From Schmidtea polychroa (Eukaryota), in contig CM097885.1 of NCBI GenBank assembly GCA_044892525.1, positions 46,440,001 to 46,504,000 on the forward strand: 64,000 nt of DNA. Reading direction: 5' to 3'. Of this stretch, positions 1-13,702 are shown one piece after another. The notes beneath the pieces are model-generated. The model searched no databases. It was not told the origin of the DNA and saw only the letters and a list, made by a program, of their open reading frames with translations. A program made the translations under genes and the position numbers. How positions within the stretch are numbered: the stretch's first letter is position 1; every line of letters begins with the position of its first letter.

Positions 1-310
1 AATTCGGTGTCGTGAACAAGAATTGCAAATTTCAAGAAGCTCAATTTTTTAAATTAAAAGCATGCTTAATTCGAATATGAATTCTAAAAAATACAATTAT
101 TGATTTGATGTTTAAAATTGTGTCCGGGCCACATCAAAACGCTTCGCGGACCACCGGTTGGCCATGGCTGTCCTAAATTATCATTCAATTTTTATTTATT
201 GCTATCAATATGGTTCTATTGTTTTCAGTTTATTGTTGGTTTAGTTGATCTTCCCATGTTGGTAGTCCTATCTTAGATAAGAATCAAGATACTAATGGTA
301 AGATAAAAAA

Positions 311-893
311 ATGTTTCTCGAGGCTTTTATTGTTCTTGGCGCAACTGTACTTTTTTTGAAAATGAGGCTTGTCAATCAGTCACTGGTGTTCTATATCACG
401 ACTTGATAATACAGTTCTTTCTGTCAAAATTGGATGATACTGATGTGCCCAATATGTGGTTTCAACAAGGCGGTCTCAAATGCCATACAGCCCGTGAAAT
501 AATTCAATAACTGCATGAAACATTTGCTGGTCGTGTACCCTCACGTTTCGGTGATAAAAATTGGTCCCCAAGATCGCGTGATTTACCACAGTTAGATTTC
601 TTTTAATAGTTATTTGAAGTAAAAGTTATGTCAACATTCTCGCAACCACCCGTGCATTACATGAGGAAATTAAAAGCTGCATCAACGAAATTCAGTCACA
701 TTTATACAGAATGGCCATGGAAAATCAAAACGAGTGCGTATGTGCTAGAAAAGTCGTGGAGGAAATTTTCCGATGTTATTCCATAAATAACCCTATCCTA
801 TGTACTTTATGATTCAATAAAAAAATAACAACCTAAGACTAAAAACTGTTTTCTATGTAATTCAAATCTTGCGTTAATTTTGAGACAACCTTT
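311..893 (+). mobile_element. Degenerate Tc1/mariner-superfamily transposase remnant (C-terminal part)
   Basis: Manual translation gives MWFQQGG..CHTAREI and RFGDKNWSPRSRDLPQLDFF, resembling the WFQQDGA..H and WPPRSPDL.PLDFF motifs; broken by stops. Boundaries approximate. Confidence 0.7.
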
Positions 894-2624
894 AAGTTTC
901 TAAGTGAAAATTTCCCCACTCGTAACCCATCATAAATATTTTGGGCTCAGTAGGGATTTGAAGTTGTTTCTGTCGAAAAACAAACAATTGCGTTGATAAT
1001 CACTCAAAAGATTAAAATTATGAAAGTGATGATGATGACAGTGATAAAGTGAATAAAGATAAATGAGTTACAAAGGAAAGTCAAATTTTGTTCAGACTTG
1101 TGTTAGTTTTATTATAATAGTCTTTATTTTGTTTTAATAAACCAATTATTTGATAAATCTAATTCCTATAGACAAGATATTTATTATCCAAACAAATAAT
1201 GTCATAATAATAATTCAAATAATTTATTTTGAAAATATTAAACTTGATATTTTACTGACAAATTATAAGTAAAATATTAAATTAATTTATTTTATGATTT
1301 GCAATATTTTTCAGCTTCATTACTTGACATTTTATTTCATTCGACTCTAAAAAATAATTGAAATAAATTTTTAAATTTAGTTTTTAGGCTTCTTAGAAAT
1401 ATATTTTTAAAAGTATTTTTGTAAATTTCTTAATAAATATAATATTGATTGACCAATTTAAAATCTGTTTACTTTTTAGTATGCAGCCCTTATGAAGTCT
1501 GCAACTATCTTTATATATTTTGCATTTTGTAATTCATCAAATAAAATAAAAATACATGTAAATTTAGCAAATTTATATTATATTTGGTGAATGTAAAACT
1601 TCAATCAAGTTGAGACTTGCTATAAATTGAGGTTAAAAATCAATAATTTATTTATAACATTTTTAAGAATCAAATAATATATCAATTATGTTTGGAAAAA
1701 TTGAAAGCAAGAAACACGATTAACATAATCACTACAGATAATTTCACAACTGGAAACTCCAAATGTCCAAAAATAAAAAACTTCAAACTATTCAAACTTC
1801 AAGCTTCCAAAATCGAACCTGATTTTTTATTGTAACGTGTATTGTACACAATTAAATGTGCCGGCAAAATCGTGGAGGCCATTTACCAGATATGTTATTC
1901 CATAGATAACTCTATCCTATATACTTTATGATTCAAAAAAAATATAATAATCTTAACCGGTGTTCCGCGAAATTTCAATTTTAAATGTATTGAAAATTAG
2001 AAAATTAAGAAAGATACGATAACAAAAAATCGTTCCTTTTTTTTAATTTGAATTTTCTACTATCAAAGCAGTATTCTGGTATGCATAAAAATTTATGATT
2101 AGCTCAATCCAATTGGAATTTTTTTATTTATTACATGTGTAAATAAAAAGGGAAATTTTTATTTAAAAAAACACTAATCATGGGTTGTGAACGAATCATT
2201 TTATTTTTGATGAAAGATAGTCAATTGTTTATGTACAAAAGTGATTTTTTAAAAGTTGTAATTTTCTTTATCAAAATCAATATTTTTCAAACAGCATGTA
2301 CATTTGCTACTAGATATTATTTCATAAATTAGGTTGTAGTGAGTTAATCAGAAATCATTTGAAGGAAAAAGCTTTTTAAGTTTTATAAATAAAAAAACAG
2401 TTGTTTAAATATTCGATATTTGATGTACAACATTTGATTTGTATATTTGTAAATTTGTACATTTGACATTTGTATATTATTTTTTTGAATAAAAATTAGG
2501 AGTTGGATAAAAATTTAAATACGTTAATGGTTTTTAATCCGAATGGCCAGTTAATCGGAATCTTTTCAAAATTACATTTATTTGATAGCACTAGACCAAA
2601 TAGCACTAGATCAAATCTGGAATA

Positions 2625-2810
2625 GAAGGCTATGAATTCAATTTACGTTTGGAAGCCAATAAACCCGGTCAATTTATCCGTCACGTCGAAGTGAATTTTC
2701 CAGCATTCCAAGCTGGACTGTTAACAAACGACCTTTTTATTGAAGTAAACGGTTTCAATGTTCGTGACGGAAACCATCAATAAGTTGTTAAAAGAATTAA
2801 AGAGTCAAGA
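2625..2810 (+). pseudogene. PDZ-domain (NHERF/PDZK1-like) coding fragment with in-frame stop
   Basis: Manual translation EGYEFNLRLEANKPGQFIRHVEVNFPAFQAGLLTNDLFIEVNGFNVRDGNHQ*VVKRIKES fits the PDZ pattern GYGF.L...G.FI..V....PA..AGL...D.I.EVNG..V....H..VV..IK. Confidence 0.65.
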
Positions 2811-2831
2811 AGGACCAAACCACAACAATGA

Positions 2832-2877
2832 TGTCAGAAGTGGAATTTGAACCCACGCCTCCATTCGGAAACCAGAA
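2832..2877 (-). pseudogene. 3' half of a tRNA-Leu-like sequence (tRNA pseudogene or SINE-like fragment)
   Basis: Reverse complement TTCTGGTTTCCGAATGGAGGCGTGGGTTCAAATTCCACTTCTGACA resembles the variable arm, T-arm and acceptor end of eukaryotic tRNA-Leu; no 5' half visible. Confidence 0.6.
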
Positions 2878-3373
2878 ATATGTAATAGCAAATATATATT
2901 ATTGACTATAATATATATTATTGACTACTAGAAAAATACCTCGTTCAATCTAATATCAATTTTATCTTAATATTTTAATTATCAATTAATTTTAGTATAA
3001 TATAGAAAATTTACAACCCTAATAGCTCAGAATGGACATAAACCGAAATTATGGTTCTCAAGGAAATAATGATAGAGCAAGTGGAAGTATCAGTCGTGTA
3101 ATTGATACAAAAAAATCTAATAAAGATCCCGAAAACACAGTAATGTGCAGTAAAATAAGAAAATTAACAGACACTATTTGACCGAATATTTAAGTTTTGA
3201 ATTCTCATGGACAGTTGTAAAAGAATGTCAAATTCCGCAATGTATTGTATGTGGATGTAGGTTATCCAATAGCGCAATGGCTCCTGCAAAGTTGAAACGA
3301 CATTTTACTACGAAGCACCCCAATATTTATTTTTAAAAATTATTGGATATAAATGCAAAACAAGTAAAACGTT

Positions 3374-4117
3374 TTGAAAATACTATTTAAATCAGGCTCA
3401 GATTGCCTAATTAGTTGCAGTAAAGCTAAACTGCATACCATTGCCGAGTCCCTTGTTTTACCGGCATGTTGCGAAATAGTTGAAATTATGTTTGGTGATG
3501 ATGAAAAAAAAGGTTATGAAAATTCCTCTGACGACACAATTAAAAAAAGGTTATATACATGTCAGAAAATATTGAAGAAAAAGTTACAAAAAAATGATAA
3601 TAATAAATGATAATAATAATAAACTTACTTACCCAAGAATTTTATTATTTAAAAAAAGAAACAGTAAATAATTAACAATTCTAAAACCAATTAAACAAAA
3701 TATAAATCAAAATGTTCAAATTTTCAAATTATAATCAGCTGTTATTTTACATTATATGCAAACTTTTCATTTTCCCTGCAAGCTAAATTTTGAAACCTAA
3801 GTAACAAAACTTACAGTAATTTTCTGAAACTGACACTACATTCGTTTTCGAATAGGAATTTAAAAAAATATGGAGCGGAGCAGAACAGCACCGCACCACT
3901 CCTTCTAAATTTTTTAGTCACTGCTCCACTCCACTCCGTCAAAAACAGGTATTAGACAAAGTTGTCAACAGAGTAAATTACATCAAGTCAAGACCTTTGA
4001 AAGGACGCTCCTTTAAACAACTGTGTGTATCTAATGAAGCTCAGTATGAATGTTTGCTTTTACACAGTGAAGTGAGATAGTTATCAAGGGGTAAAGTACT
4101 AAGTCGAATATTGGAAC
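3374..4117 (+). mobile_element. Degenerate hAT (Buster/ZBED5-like) transposase fragments
   Basis: ORF 3374-3610 has HTIAESLVLPACCEIVEIMFG...SDDTIKKR; ~4050-4117 reads CLLLHSEVR*LSRGKVLSRILEL, matching the LL.HTEVRWLSRG motif. Confidence 0.75.
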
Positions 4118-4479
4118 TTAACCCTTTGAACCCTATAAACCGACCTCAACATATTTCATTATTACCCTACCCTCCAGAATACTGGCCAACGACGACAAAT
4201 ACCGAGACGATATATGATATATACCATTCCAAAGTTGAATTCTAGAGATAAATTAATAATTTTTGTATAAATTGATGTTTTTACCTTTTGTTGTGTAGTA
4301 AACTAAAAAAATTAATAGTTAAACATACATGGCAATGATTTAATTATAAGATAACGCCAATCAAACATTTTTTTCACGATTAATTTCGACAGTTTTCCTG
4401 TCATCATCAGGTGGGATATAATACTCATTAAATAAAGGATTTTAAACAAATTTAATTATATATAAAGAATGAAGAATGG

Positions 4480-5154
4480 ATGAAGAATGGTTATTCAAAA
4501 TCCTTTTTAGTAATTATGGTGAAAGAGACTGTTGACAAATTTATTAAAAATCCTAAGGATCCATGTTTAAGAAAATTTGGGTGTGATCTTGTTGAGATGT
4601 GTGAGTCTGATGAGTTAAAATCTGGGTGTGATTTTGTTGAGGTGTGTGAGTCTGATGAGTTAAATAAATTAAATAGTGTGAGCAAGGATGATGAGCCTAA
4701 ATTTGTGTTAGTATTGCCGTACTCAGAAGGTTTTAAGGATTATAAAGTGAAGATAAGAAAGCAGTTAGGGAATTTAAACTATAGGATAGTGTCAACTTCA
4801 TGGAAAGTACGCAATATGTTTATTAATAAGTCAAAGACTCCGGTTGAATTGTGTTCCGATCTCGTTTATCAGTTTACATGTAATGGGTGTAATGCCACAT
4901 ACATTGGAGAGACTTCCCGTCATCTCTGTATTCGAGCTCGAGAACATTGTAGACCGAAGTCTTTGACCCATATTGCTGAGCACAATAAGGGCTGTAAGAT
5001 TAAAATAGGTATGTCTGATTTTAAAATTTTATTAAAAAACTTCGATAATTATTGGGAACGTGTGATTTGTGAGGCGTTGTTGATAAAATCATTGAATCCG
5101 AAAATTAATGTGCAGAATGCTGTAAATACTTGTGTGTTGAGTGTTTTTAAATAA
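4480..5154 (+). CDS. Penelope-like element C-terminal GIY-YIG endonuclease (truncated; RT missing)
   Basis: LVYQFTCNGCNATYIGETSRHLCIRAREH...ICEALLIKSLNPKINVQ, preceded by the LPY linker typical of Penelope-like elements. Confidence 0.85.
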   Translation: MKNGYSKSFLVIMVKETVDKFIKNPKDPCLRKFGCDLVEMCESDELKSGCDFVEVCESDELNKLNSVSKDDEPKFVLVLPYSEGFKDYKVKIRKQLGNLNYRIVSTSWKVRNMFINKSKTPVELCSDLVYQFTCNGCNATYIGETSRHLCIRAREHCRPKSLTHIAEHNKGCKIKIGMSDFKILLKNFDNYWERVICEALLIKSLNPKINVQNAVNTCVLSVFK

Positions 5155-5342
5155 GCTTTTGTGTATTGTATGTATTGATTGTTGTGTTAAATTAAATAAT
5201 TGATAAAAAAATTTAAAATTTTTAAATTATTAAATTAAATTTTAAATGTTAAAGTTTTTAAAAAATAATATTTTTATAAAATAAAAAATTTTTATATATA
5301 ATTAAATTTGTTTAAAATCCTTTATTTAATGAGTATTATATC

Positions 5343-5382
5343 CCACCTGATGATGACAGGAAAACTGTCGAAATTAATCGTG
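5343..5382 (+). ncRNA. Minimal hammerhead ribozyme motif in the Penelope pseudo-LTR (antisense copy in the 4344-4466 repeat)
   Basis: CTGATGA (5347-5353), stem II GACAG/CTGTC with GAAAA loop, GAAA (5370-5373), and short CAC/GTG stem I. Confidence 0.65.
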
Positions 5383-6792
5383 AAAAAAATGTTTGATTGG
5401 CGTTATCTTATAAAAAAATTAAGTTGAAATTGATTTTGGTTGAAATTACATTTTTATTCAAATATTATTTTTTGGTCAAAAATTAATCGAGAGCTCAGGG
5501 TTAGGGAACTTGTACAATCAATGCCTGAGGGTTCAAAGGGTTAAAAACTTCAAACTCCAAAATCGATCCTGATTTTTTATTGTAACATTGTTACTGTAGA
5601 TTTTATTTCATTGACACAAAATATTCAATTATTTGTTTCGTGGCACACCAATGTATTTGGGTTCCCGACAACTGTACTAGATCAATAATTGCGATTGAAC
5701 TTTTTAAATAAAATTAAATATATAAAAAAATAATTCAATTAAATTTTATTTTGAATATATTAAACTTGATATTTTACTGACAAATTATAAAATCTTTTTA
5801 TGCTTCGAAATCTTTTTCAGCTTCATTACTTGATCTATTCTAAAAAACGGAAATAAATTTTTATGTCGAAATATTAATTGACCAATTAAATTCATCAATT
5901 AGTGTTTATAATTTCGAATTTCTAGAGACAAGGTGAAAATTAGAAAAGCGATAAAATTTGTAGCAAAGTCGATATTTTATATAATTTTTTAATATTGATG
6001 AGAAATCGCATTGAAATAGGAAACTAACCCATGCGATGCCAGTTTTATAGCCTGCGTCCGACCATGCTTTATACAACTTCTCATGTTCCTCATTAAAATC
6101 TTCGTTATGTTTGATTTCACATTCCAATCCTGATTCACCCTACATGTCCCATATAGAACTAGCGCATATACAACTTTAAGCATACTTGTTTCACACCCAT
6201 TTCAAAACTACTTTGAAATATTTTATCTAGTTTTTCAATTTCTGCTTCTTGAAATTTAGAATTTTTAAGGCAATTTGACGGTCTAAATATCCAACTGGTA
6301 AAAATAGATTTTTGACTTTAAAAAAAATTACAATAAACATGACCAATCAAATGATTTCAGGTCATTTTTTAGTTCTTTATTAAATTTGATCTGTGGTAAT
6401 GATAATTAATAAACATTTCCACTATGAACTTACAGATTCGTTTAGATAATGTACTGAATCCAAATGAGGTTCATTGTTTGACATTTCACAGTTAGTGCCT
6501 TTCTGCAAATTTAAAAAAATAATTTAACAATCAAACAACAAAATGTTTGTTTTTGCGCTAACTAAATATAAATAATAAGTTATTCTTAGTAATAATATTT
6601 TATGCTAAACTACTCTGTGTTATATATAGTGTAATGAAATGGATCTTCGAGAATTCAATTGTTTCATAAATTTAATCTTAAGGGCTGTCTAAATTTTACA
6701 TTTTCGTGTGATTTTATTGGATAAAATTTATTTAAAATTACTACATAGGTTGTAACAACATACATTGACGAAACTTTTCGTGGCCTAGCATA

Positions 6793-6955
6793 ATTAAAAT
6801 TAAATTAAAATTAAATTAAAATTAAATTAAAATTAAATTAAAATTAAATTAAAATTAAATTAAAATTAAATTAAAATTAAAATTAAATTAAAATTAAATT
6901 AAAATTAAATTAAAATTAAATTAAAATTAAATTAAAATTAAATTAAATCAAAATT
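6793..6955. repeat. AT-only tandem repeat (AATTAAAATTA)n, period ~11 bp
   Basis: Directly visible; followed by a ~128-bp imperfect duplication (~6940-7190). Confidence 0.9.
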
Positions 6956-9318
6956 ACAAATATTAATGAAAATTATTCAATTTAAAAAAGATCAAAGGTG
7001 AAAATAAAAGATACATTTGTTGATACAATTTTTCCAAAATAAAATCCAAAGATACCAATTAAATTAAAATTAAATCAAATTAAAGTTACAAATATTAATG
7101 AAAATTATTCAATTTAAAAATGATCAAAGGTGAAGCTAAAAGATACATTTGTTGATACAATTTTTTCAAAATAAAATCCAAAAGTATCAAATTGACAAAA
7201 TAAATTCAAAATGTTAATAGTTCAAAAATATAAACAAATTTTAGTTAATAATAAATTTGATGATAATAAAACCAAAATCCTTAACCTTGATACCATCTCT
7301 TTATGTTTTGGTTATTTAATACAGTTGATGAAGTTCCAGCGTTATTTAGGTGCAAAAACGAACCATCAAACCTATGTCTTATATATAAACAGGTATAAAT
7401 TCATGTCATGATAAACTCATTATAAATACAAGTCAGCATTGGAAGTCAAATTAAATTTTCGATTTAAATTATTTTAACCAAGCATTCCAAGAGCTTTATT
7501 TTGAAAATAATTTTATTATTATTAAAGAATAAAAATTGAAATATTACAAAATCTATCAAAGATTTTTAAATTTTTATTATTGAAATTATTTATTTTATTA
7601 TCAAATGATAATTGGTCAATATCTGTTATATATTAAAATATTAAAATCAGATAACATCTTTACACAGAATATTTTTCAAATTATTTTTGAGAAAACACTA
7701 CAAAGTAACATAATAAATCATCTATAAATTGGACCTTACGGAGTATGGAATTATGGTTTTTTTAAAACATTGTAAACGAGTGTATTTTTACAGGTATGTG
7801 ATGTTTACTCGCGAAATATTTAAATATATTTATTGTAAACTCAAAAATAGTTTGAAACCAGCATCAAATCAATCTCAAAATAGACTATAAATCAATATTT
7901 AACTATAAACTAACTTTTGTATCTGTTTCACAGGTAGCAATTAAGTTAAAATCTAAAAATATTAAATTATTACTTAAAAAAACTTTTAATACTTTGAGAA
8001 TTCAACTTATTTTCTATTCTTTCACTTATTTCATTCTAAATATAATAACGATTTATAACAGAAATAAATAAATCACTTGACTTAGACCACAAACTTTCCA
8101 ATATGATATTACGAGCAAATTTTCATCCATTTATTTCAATATATAAACAAAATAATTAATAGTGTATTTCAAAACAGTTCAAAATTTATTTGCTTTTGAA
8201 AGCGTGAAATTAAAAAAAATTATATATGTAATATTATCAAAAAATTTTTATTTTTATTTTTCAATATTAGTTGAAAGTAAGTGTTCTTTGTTATTTGATG
8301 ACAATAGTAAATAAAATCAGTGGTTATCCTTAAGAATATTATTAATAAATAATATTTTCAGAATATCCATGTTGATCTTGACGCCATTATTTTGAGAAAT
8401 AGGATTATATCCTACACGTCAAGAGATGGATTTTAAAATTTGTATTTCTGTTTGATAAATAGGCGATATATCTTTTGAAAAGTAATTAAAGCGAGAAGTT
8501 GTCATTGAAAAGTGAGATATGTGCGTGAAGCTAATAATAATCTGATGACCCTTTAGATAGCAAACTACAGCTAAAATACTAATGTCTTTCTTGGGTTCAG
8601 AATGGTATTTTCATAATCATATCTTGATTCTAAATTGTGTTGACTCGTACTGGAACAAGATCGCAAAAATATCTAAGGAGAAAATTAGGTGATCCATTGG
8701 AAGATGATCAATCAACCATGTTACTACTGTACACAGTGGCTGGGTGTGAATAGACAGGTAGGCTTCGTTGCCAAAATTACTCTTTAATTGACACCAATCT
8801 GAAATTCTGGTTAAAGATAGAAGGTTATAGAAATAAAGGAATAAAAACAATTCTAATATACAAGGTGGATAGTCTCCTACATCAGAATCAATTCAATTCC
8901 TGTAGTGTGCCTTATTAACACTTCTCTAGGTTCAAAAGAAATTAAAACGATTCAGGGATTGCTCCCAGGAAAGTTGGAAAGACTTGTGGTGATGCTTCCC
9001 AGTTAGCCGCCAAACCCTGTTCAATAAATTATTTTTTTCATATTTATTTTTTAATTAACTTAAGAAATACTAATACACACAGCAATTCCAAACGGCATCC
9101 AATTGAAGCAATATTGTTCGATTTTTGTTGAAAATGCAGTTTTCTTTTTTGATTCATCTGTTAACTCACCTTGATAGTATGCGCTACCTAAATCAAATGT
9201 TGTAAAGAATTTTGATCCATTAAAAATGTCCATTCATAATTTCTTCTGTATTAGGTATTGGAAAATAGGTCGTTCTGTTACTAAATTTAAACCTCTAAAT
9301 TTTATGCAAGTTATTATA

Positions 9319-12300
9319 TCATCTTTCCTTTCTTTTTAATACATACCTATGGTGCGTTCCAAGGAGATTCACATTTATCAATGATTCCATCAAATCTTTT
9401 ATGATTTCTTCGATCTTCAATCTTTTGAGTAAGATATCTGATCCTGGGGATTCAAGGAACATTGGTACACATGTTTCTGTATAAGATGACAGAAGGAAAT
9501 TGAGTAATCTATTATGAGGTGTTTTATTCGTTGCGATTGACATTAATATTCGTTGAGATGATGGTGCTTTATCTAAAACAATTTCACATTCGGATTTTTC
9601 TAAGTTGTTCTTCTTTAGGGCTAGGTTGGTGGTTTTCATTAGAATTTCATAAGCTCTTTCGCACTGTCCATTTCCTTGAGCGTGATATTGCGTCGTTCTG
9701 GTTTTGATAACTCCATTACGTAGGAGGAAGTTATTCAGTTTTTGACATTCGAAATGAGCTCCTCCATCTGAGTGAATTGATGAAGGGCTGCTAATGGTAG
9801 AAAAGAAACTTCTGAAATGACTGATGATTATATCGGTGCATATGCTTTCACATGGATAGGCAAATATAAATCTAGAAAATTCATCGATTAGTATGAGTAT
9901 GTATTTGTTACGTGATTTACTAAGTCCATTGATACTCTTTCCCCAGGGACGGGTTGATGTTATTAAAATTGAAGGGTCTGGTTTATAAAATGTAAGTTTA
10001 AGCTCTATAAATATTTGGCAATTGTTAGTGACGGTTCTGATTTCTTTTGTTATGAAGTTTAAATTTCTGTTTATACAGTAGTTTATAGATACCGGAAAGG
10101 CATAGCAAACCATGTATGTTTTAAGTGGCTCTAGATTATGTGTCGCAGCACATCTGGACATTACATTGACTGAAAGATTTTTTTCTTGGGCGGTATTTAT
10201 ATTATAGATAAATTCTGACAGTTCAATACGCCAACTTCTCCTTCTTCATATTTAATTAAGTTTTGGAATCAAAGATAAAAGCTATCGATCTTTGGTCTCT
10301 ATATATGTTGAAATAGGGTTCGGAAAATACTCGAAAATTGCACAATGCAATGCACATGCTTCTTTTTCTACTATAGATTGATTTTTCTTTGCCTGGGTAA
10401 GTACTTTTGAATTAAATGCCACAGGGTGTCCTTCCTGTGACAACGTACATTCTAACGCAATACTTGAAGCATCTGTGTCTAGTAAAGGGGACAACTCCTG
10501 ATTGTGCGTATGTAGAGATACATTTTGTAATACGATTTTCAGCTGATTTATCATTTTAATTGAGCATGTACTCATATTTTGGCCGCTGTCTAATTTATTT
10601 CTTTCCTCCACTAAAATAACCATTTCATAGAAACACGGAGGTAACTATTTGGCTTAGTGGGCAAAGAATCCGATTAGTTTGTCTAGTTATTTGAGAGTAG
10701 ATGGTATAGGAAATTCTAGTAGCGATTTGTATCTTGATGGATCAAGTTTAATTCTACAATGATTGATAATGTGTCCTAAAAATATATTTATGACACTGAG
10801 TAAAGGCATATTTGTCTTTATTAATTTGTAATTTTGAATCTGCGACTGTTTCCTTAAACTTTTCTAGGTTTTTATCATGTTTTTCCTTTGTGGTTTTGAA
10901 TATGACGATGTCATCTTTATACGCTTGGGTAATTTTAAAATTCATTTAGTATGTTAGGATATCAATTGTTCTTTCAAAAATCGGTTCTGCGTTCGTGCAG
11001 TCGAATGAAAGTGTTTTAAATTCGTAGAGTTTGCCGAATGCTTCAAATGTGATTAGGTGATAGTCTGCTTGCTTTTTTGGTATCTAATGATATTCGCTTT
11101 TGAGATCGATTTTGGCAAAAATATTTTTTGTCAATCTTATATAATAGGTCATCTATTCAAAGCATCGAATATGCATCTATGGTTGCGTATTTGTTGATAA
11201 TTCTGGAGTAATATATTACTAATCTTGGGCTCTCCATGAACTTTGACTCGGTTGAATAATGTTTTCTTTTAGTAGTCTTAATTCTGGTTTCGAATAGTTT
11301 CAAGTGACAACTAAATCAATGAAATTTTGTTACTATTGGTTTGAGGTTTTTGGATATACTCAAGGTAGTAGGTCTGTATTACTTTCTACGGTTTACGTGG
11401 TCCATGCAGATTTAGTATCAGGTTTGACAATGTCGATTCGATTTATTATTGGGTGTACAAATTTGGAAATAATTTGGAACTTTGTGTCATAGTCATTGTT
11501 GGCTTAGATGAGGGTGCTGTTGAATTGCCCCGATATTTGAGTGGTTGATTTATCTGCTATCGTTATCACTCGCCCTTTTATTGCATTATACTATAATTGA
11601 TGTGCTTTCATAATATTTAAACTGATAAATGAGAGATCCAATCCGGTTTCGATAAGGGCTTTTGTTTTGAAACCTTCGATGAATATTGTCTATATCGTCG
11701 ATTTTTGCGTTCGTGATTACGATTATTCTGGATCAGGTATAATTGTAGAAAGCTTCGTCCTTTTCATTTGTTTATGTCTTTTTTCTGTGTTGGATAAAAG
11801 TTGTTCGGAATATGATTTTGACAAATCTAATAATCTTTGTCTAATAGCATTTCCGGATATACCAGCTACCAATGCATCACTAATCACAATTTCTCGATGT
11901 TGATACTTACTGTTAGGTTTTATCTTTAAACTCGGTTCCTTCTGACTCCTTGTGTTCTTATTTAAACAAATAAATCAAAACCCAACACAGAATAACTTTA
12001 TTCAATTTCAATCAAATTTCAATTTGTCAATAGATTTGCACATTTCGCTTAATATAAATATTACTCGCTAAGGCAGATAATCCAGTGCCTTTTTTGGTAC
12101 GAGAATTAAACTTTTTTTCCAAATACTATATTTCGTTTTCTGATCATTGATCGCATGATTCTCTGAGCTTCACTCTGTTTCTTCAACCAACTGGCGGCTT
12201 GTCTGTTTCTGATCTCTCTTTTTATACTGTTTCTGAGAGGGCAATTATCTACAGAATTGCAATTAATTATCTCTCGGGAATTCTAGGTAAACATTTAAGG

Positions 12301-12890
12301 GTTTCCGAATTATTTTAATTTGTTTGTTCTAGATTGGCGCTCGGAATATTCTCTCTTTTATCTGATCGATTGGGTCTCACTGCGCTGCGAGTTTCCCATG
12401 GTGTCAGGCTTTTTATTTAATATTAATTAACTTTCTCTGTGAACCCCTTATTAAATCTTCAATATACTTTCTGAATTTGTCTTTCAATTTGGCGATCAAC
12501 AATACCCGTTTCCCCCATTCACTATCGATTTTTTAGTAAATTTTAATTAATTTTGAACCTCTACTGATTTTAACTATATTTGTTATACCTTCCTTATATA
12601 TATGTAATGGATTCTTCGTGGAGTTGTTGGCGCGGACTTAGTATTAGTCTGGATATGATTGTTAATTTGCGTTTGATGTACTTGAAATCCAACTTTGTGA
12701 AGGCTTCCTTAGGAGTATTGCAGCTTATCAAAATATTTGCTGAACCACAGGTTATGAGTGGAGCATTTAACTTTTTGTTATCTTCCTGTAGTTTGCACTA
12801 CTTCATGAAGAGTTCTGTGAGCTTTTCCAGTATACATTTCTCTTCGGTTGCATTATCTAAGTGTTCTCGAAAAGAGTTTTGAATCCATTA
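9319..12890 (-). mobile_element. Decayed Ty3/Gypsy element (gag-PR-RT-RNaseH-IN remnants)
   Basis: Minus-strand ORFs: integrase (LILIDEFSRF, SIHSDGGAHF, YHAQGNGQCER; 9319-10161), RNase H (DTDASS..LSQEGHPVAFNSK..EKEA; 10282-10623), RT (AYKDDIVIF; 10754-10945). Gag-like DALVAGISGNAIRQRLL near 11830-11890. Many stops and frameshifts; outer limits approximate. Confidence 0.8.
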
Positions 12891-13629
12891 ATGATTGAGC
12901 GAAATATATAGAATAAAGCTGTGATAAAAAACAAAAATAATTTCTGAATTTTTATTCTAATAAATATAAATATATAAATTCGTAAAAATGAACTTACCAT
13001 AATTGCTAGTTTGAATAATTCAGTAATGTTTAATCTGATATATTTAAATAAGTGGATTAATCTTTAAATAACCATTATAATAATTCATGAGATTCTCAAT
13101 ACCCTCGTTACGAACAGAGTCACTAAAAATTAAATAAGTTAAACACCGTGATCGTTATTATAATTATTATTATATCATTGCTGTAATCATAATAATTATT
13201 ATTATAATTAATATGTTCGTAACTATTACTCTCAATTTTACTAACGTATTAGTATCAGTTCTACTACTAGTGTTGAGGTCCGTAAATTAAAATAAATTTA
13301 AATGAAATTTAGGTTAATAATTTAAATAAAAAATAAGTGAAGAAAAAAGACAAATAAAAGCATGATCATGCACAGAATCGATAGTAAAGGAAAGTGTGAT
13401 GGAAGCAGTATTAGAAAATGCCAAAAGCAATTACGAAAGGCAAGAATCCGGAAATCCGAGAAAAATCAATAAATAGTAAAATCGTCGAAATCGAATGGGA
13501 AAAACGGGACAGGTATAGAGTAGCTAATGGTCAACAAGATGATGGTTAGGGATTTATCAGAAAATGGTTAGGAAGGGTAGAAAAACATTCAAACGTATGA
13601 AAACAGAAAACGTTAATTAATTAATTAAT

Positions 13630-13702
13630 TGGCTAATGGAAAACCCGAGCTAATGGGAAACCCGAGCCAATGGAGAACCCGAGAGATAAAGGAAACCCGA
13701 GC
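13630..13702 (+). repeat. Four short tandem copies of (A)ATGG(A/G)AAACCCGAG within a possible solo-LTR-like segment (~13271-14340)
   Basis: The repeats are directly visible; the solo-LTR interpretation is weak because its ends were not confirmed. Confidence 0.45.

Larger units (their letters stand above)
4344..5413 (+). mobile_element. 5'-truncated Penelope-like retroelement with inverted pseudo-LTR copy
   Basis: 123-bp inverted repeats at 4344-4466 and 5291-5413 flank a GIY-YIG endonuclease ORF; the repeat carries a hammerhead core. Confidence 0.8.
4122..5540. mobile_element. Non-autonomous piggyBac-type element (TTAA target) containing a nested Penelope fragment
   Basis: Perfect 13-bp TIR CCCTTTGAACCCT (4122-4134) / AGGGTTCAAAGGG (5528-5540), flanked by TTAA (4118-4121, 5541-5544). 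Confidence 0.75.

Noticed and set aside
5906..6300. Possible minus-strand host exon
   Set aside because: Frames are interrupted and no partner exons or protein family could be identified.
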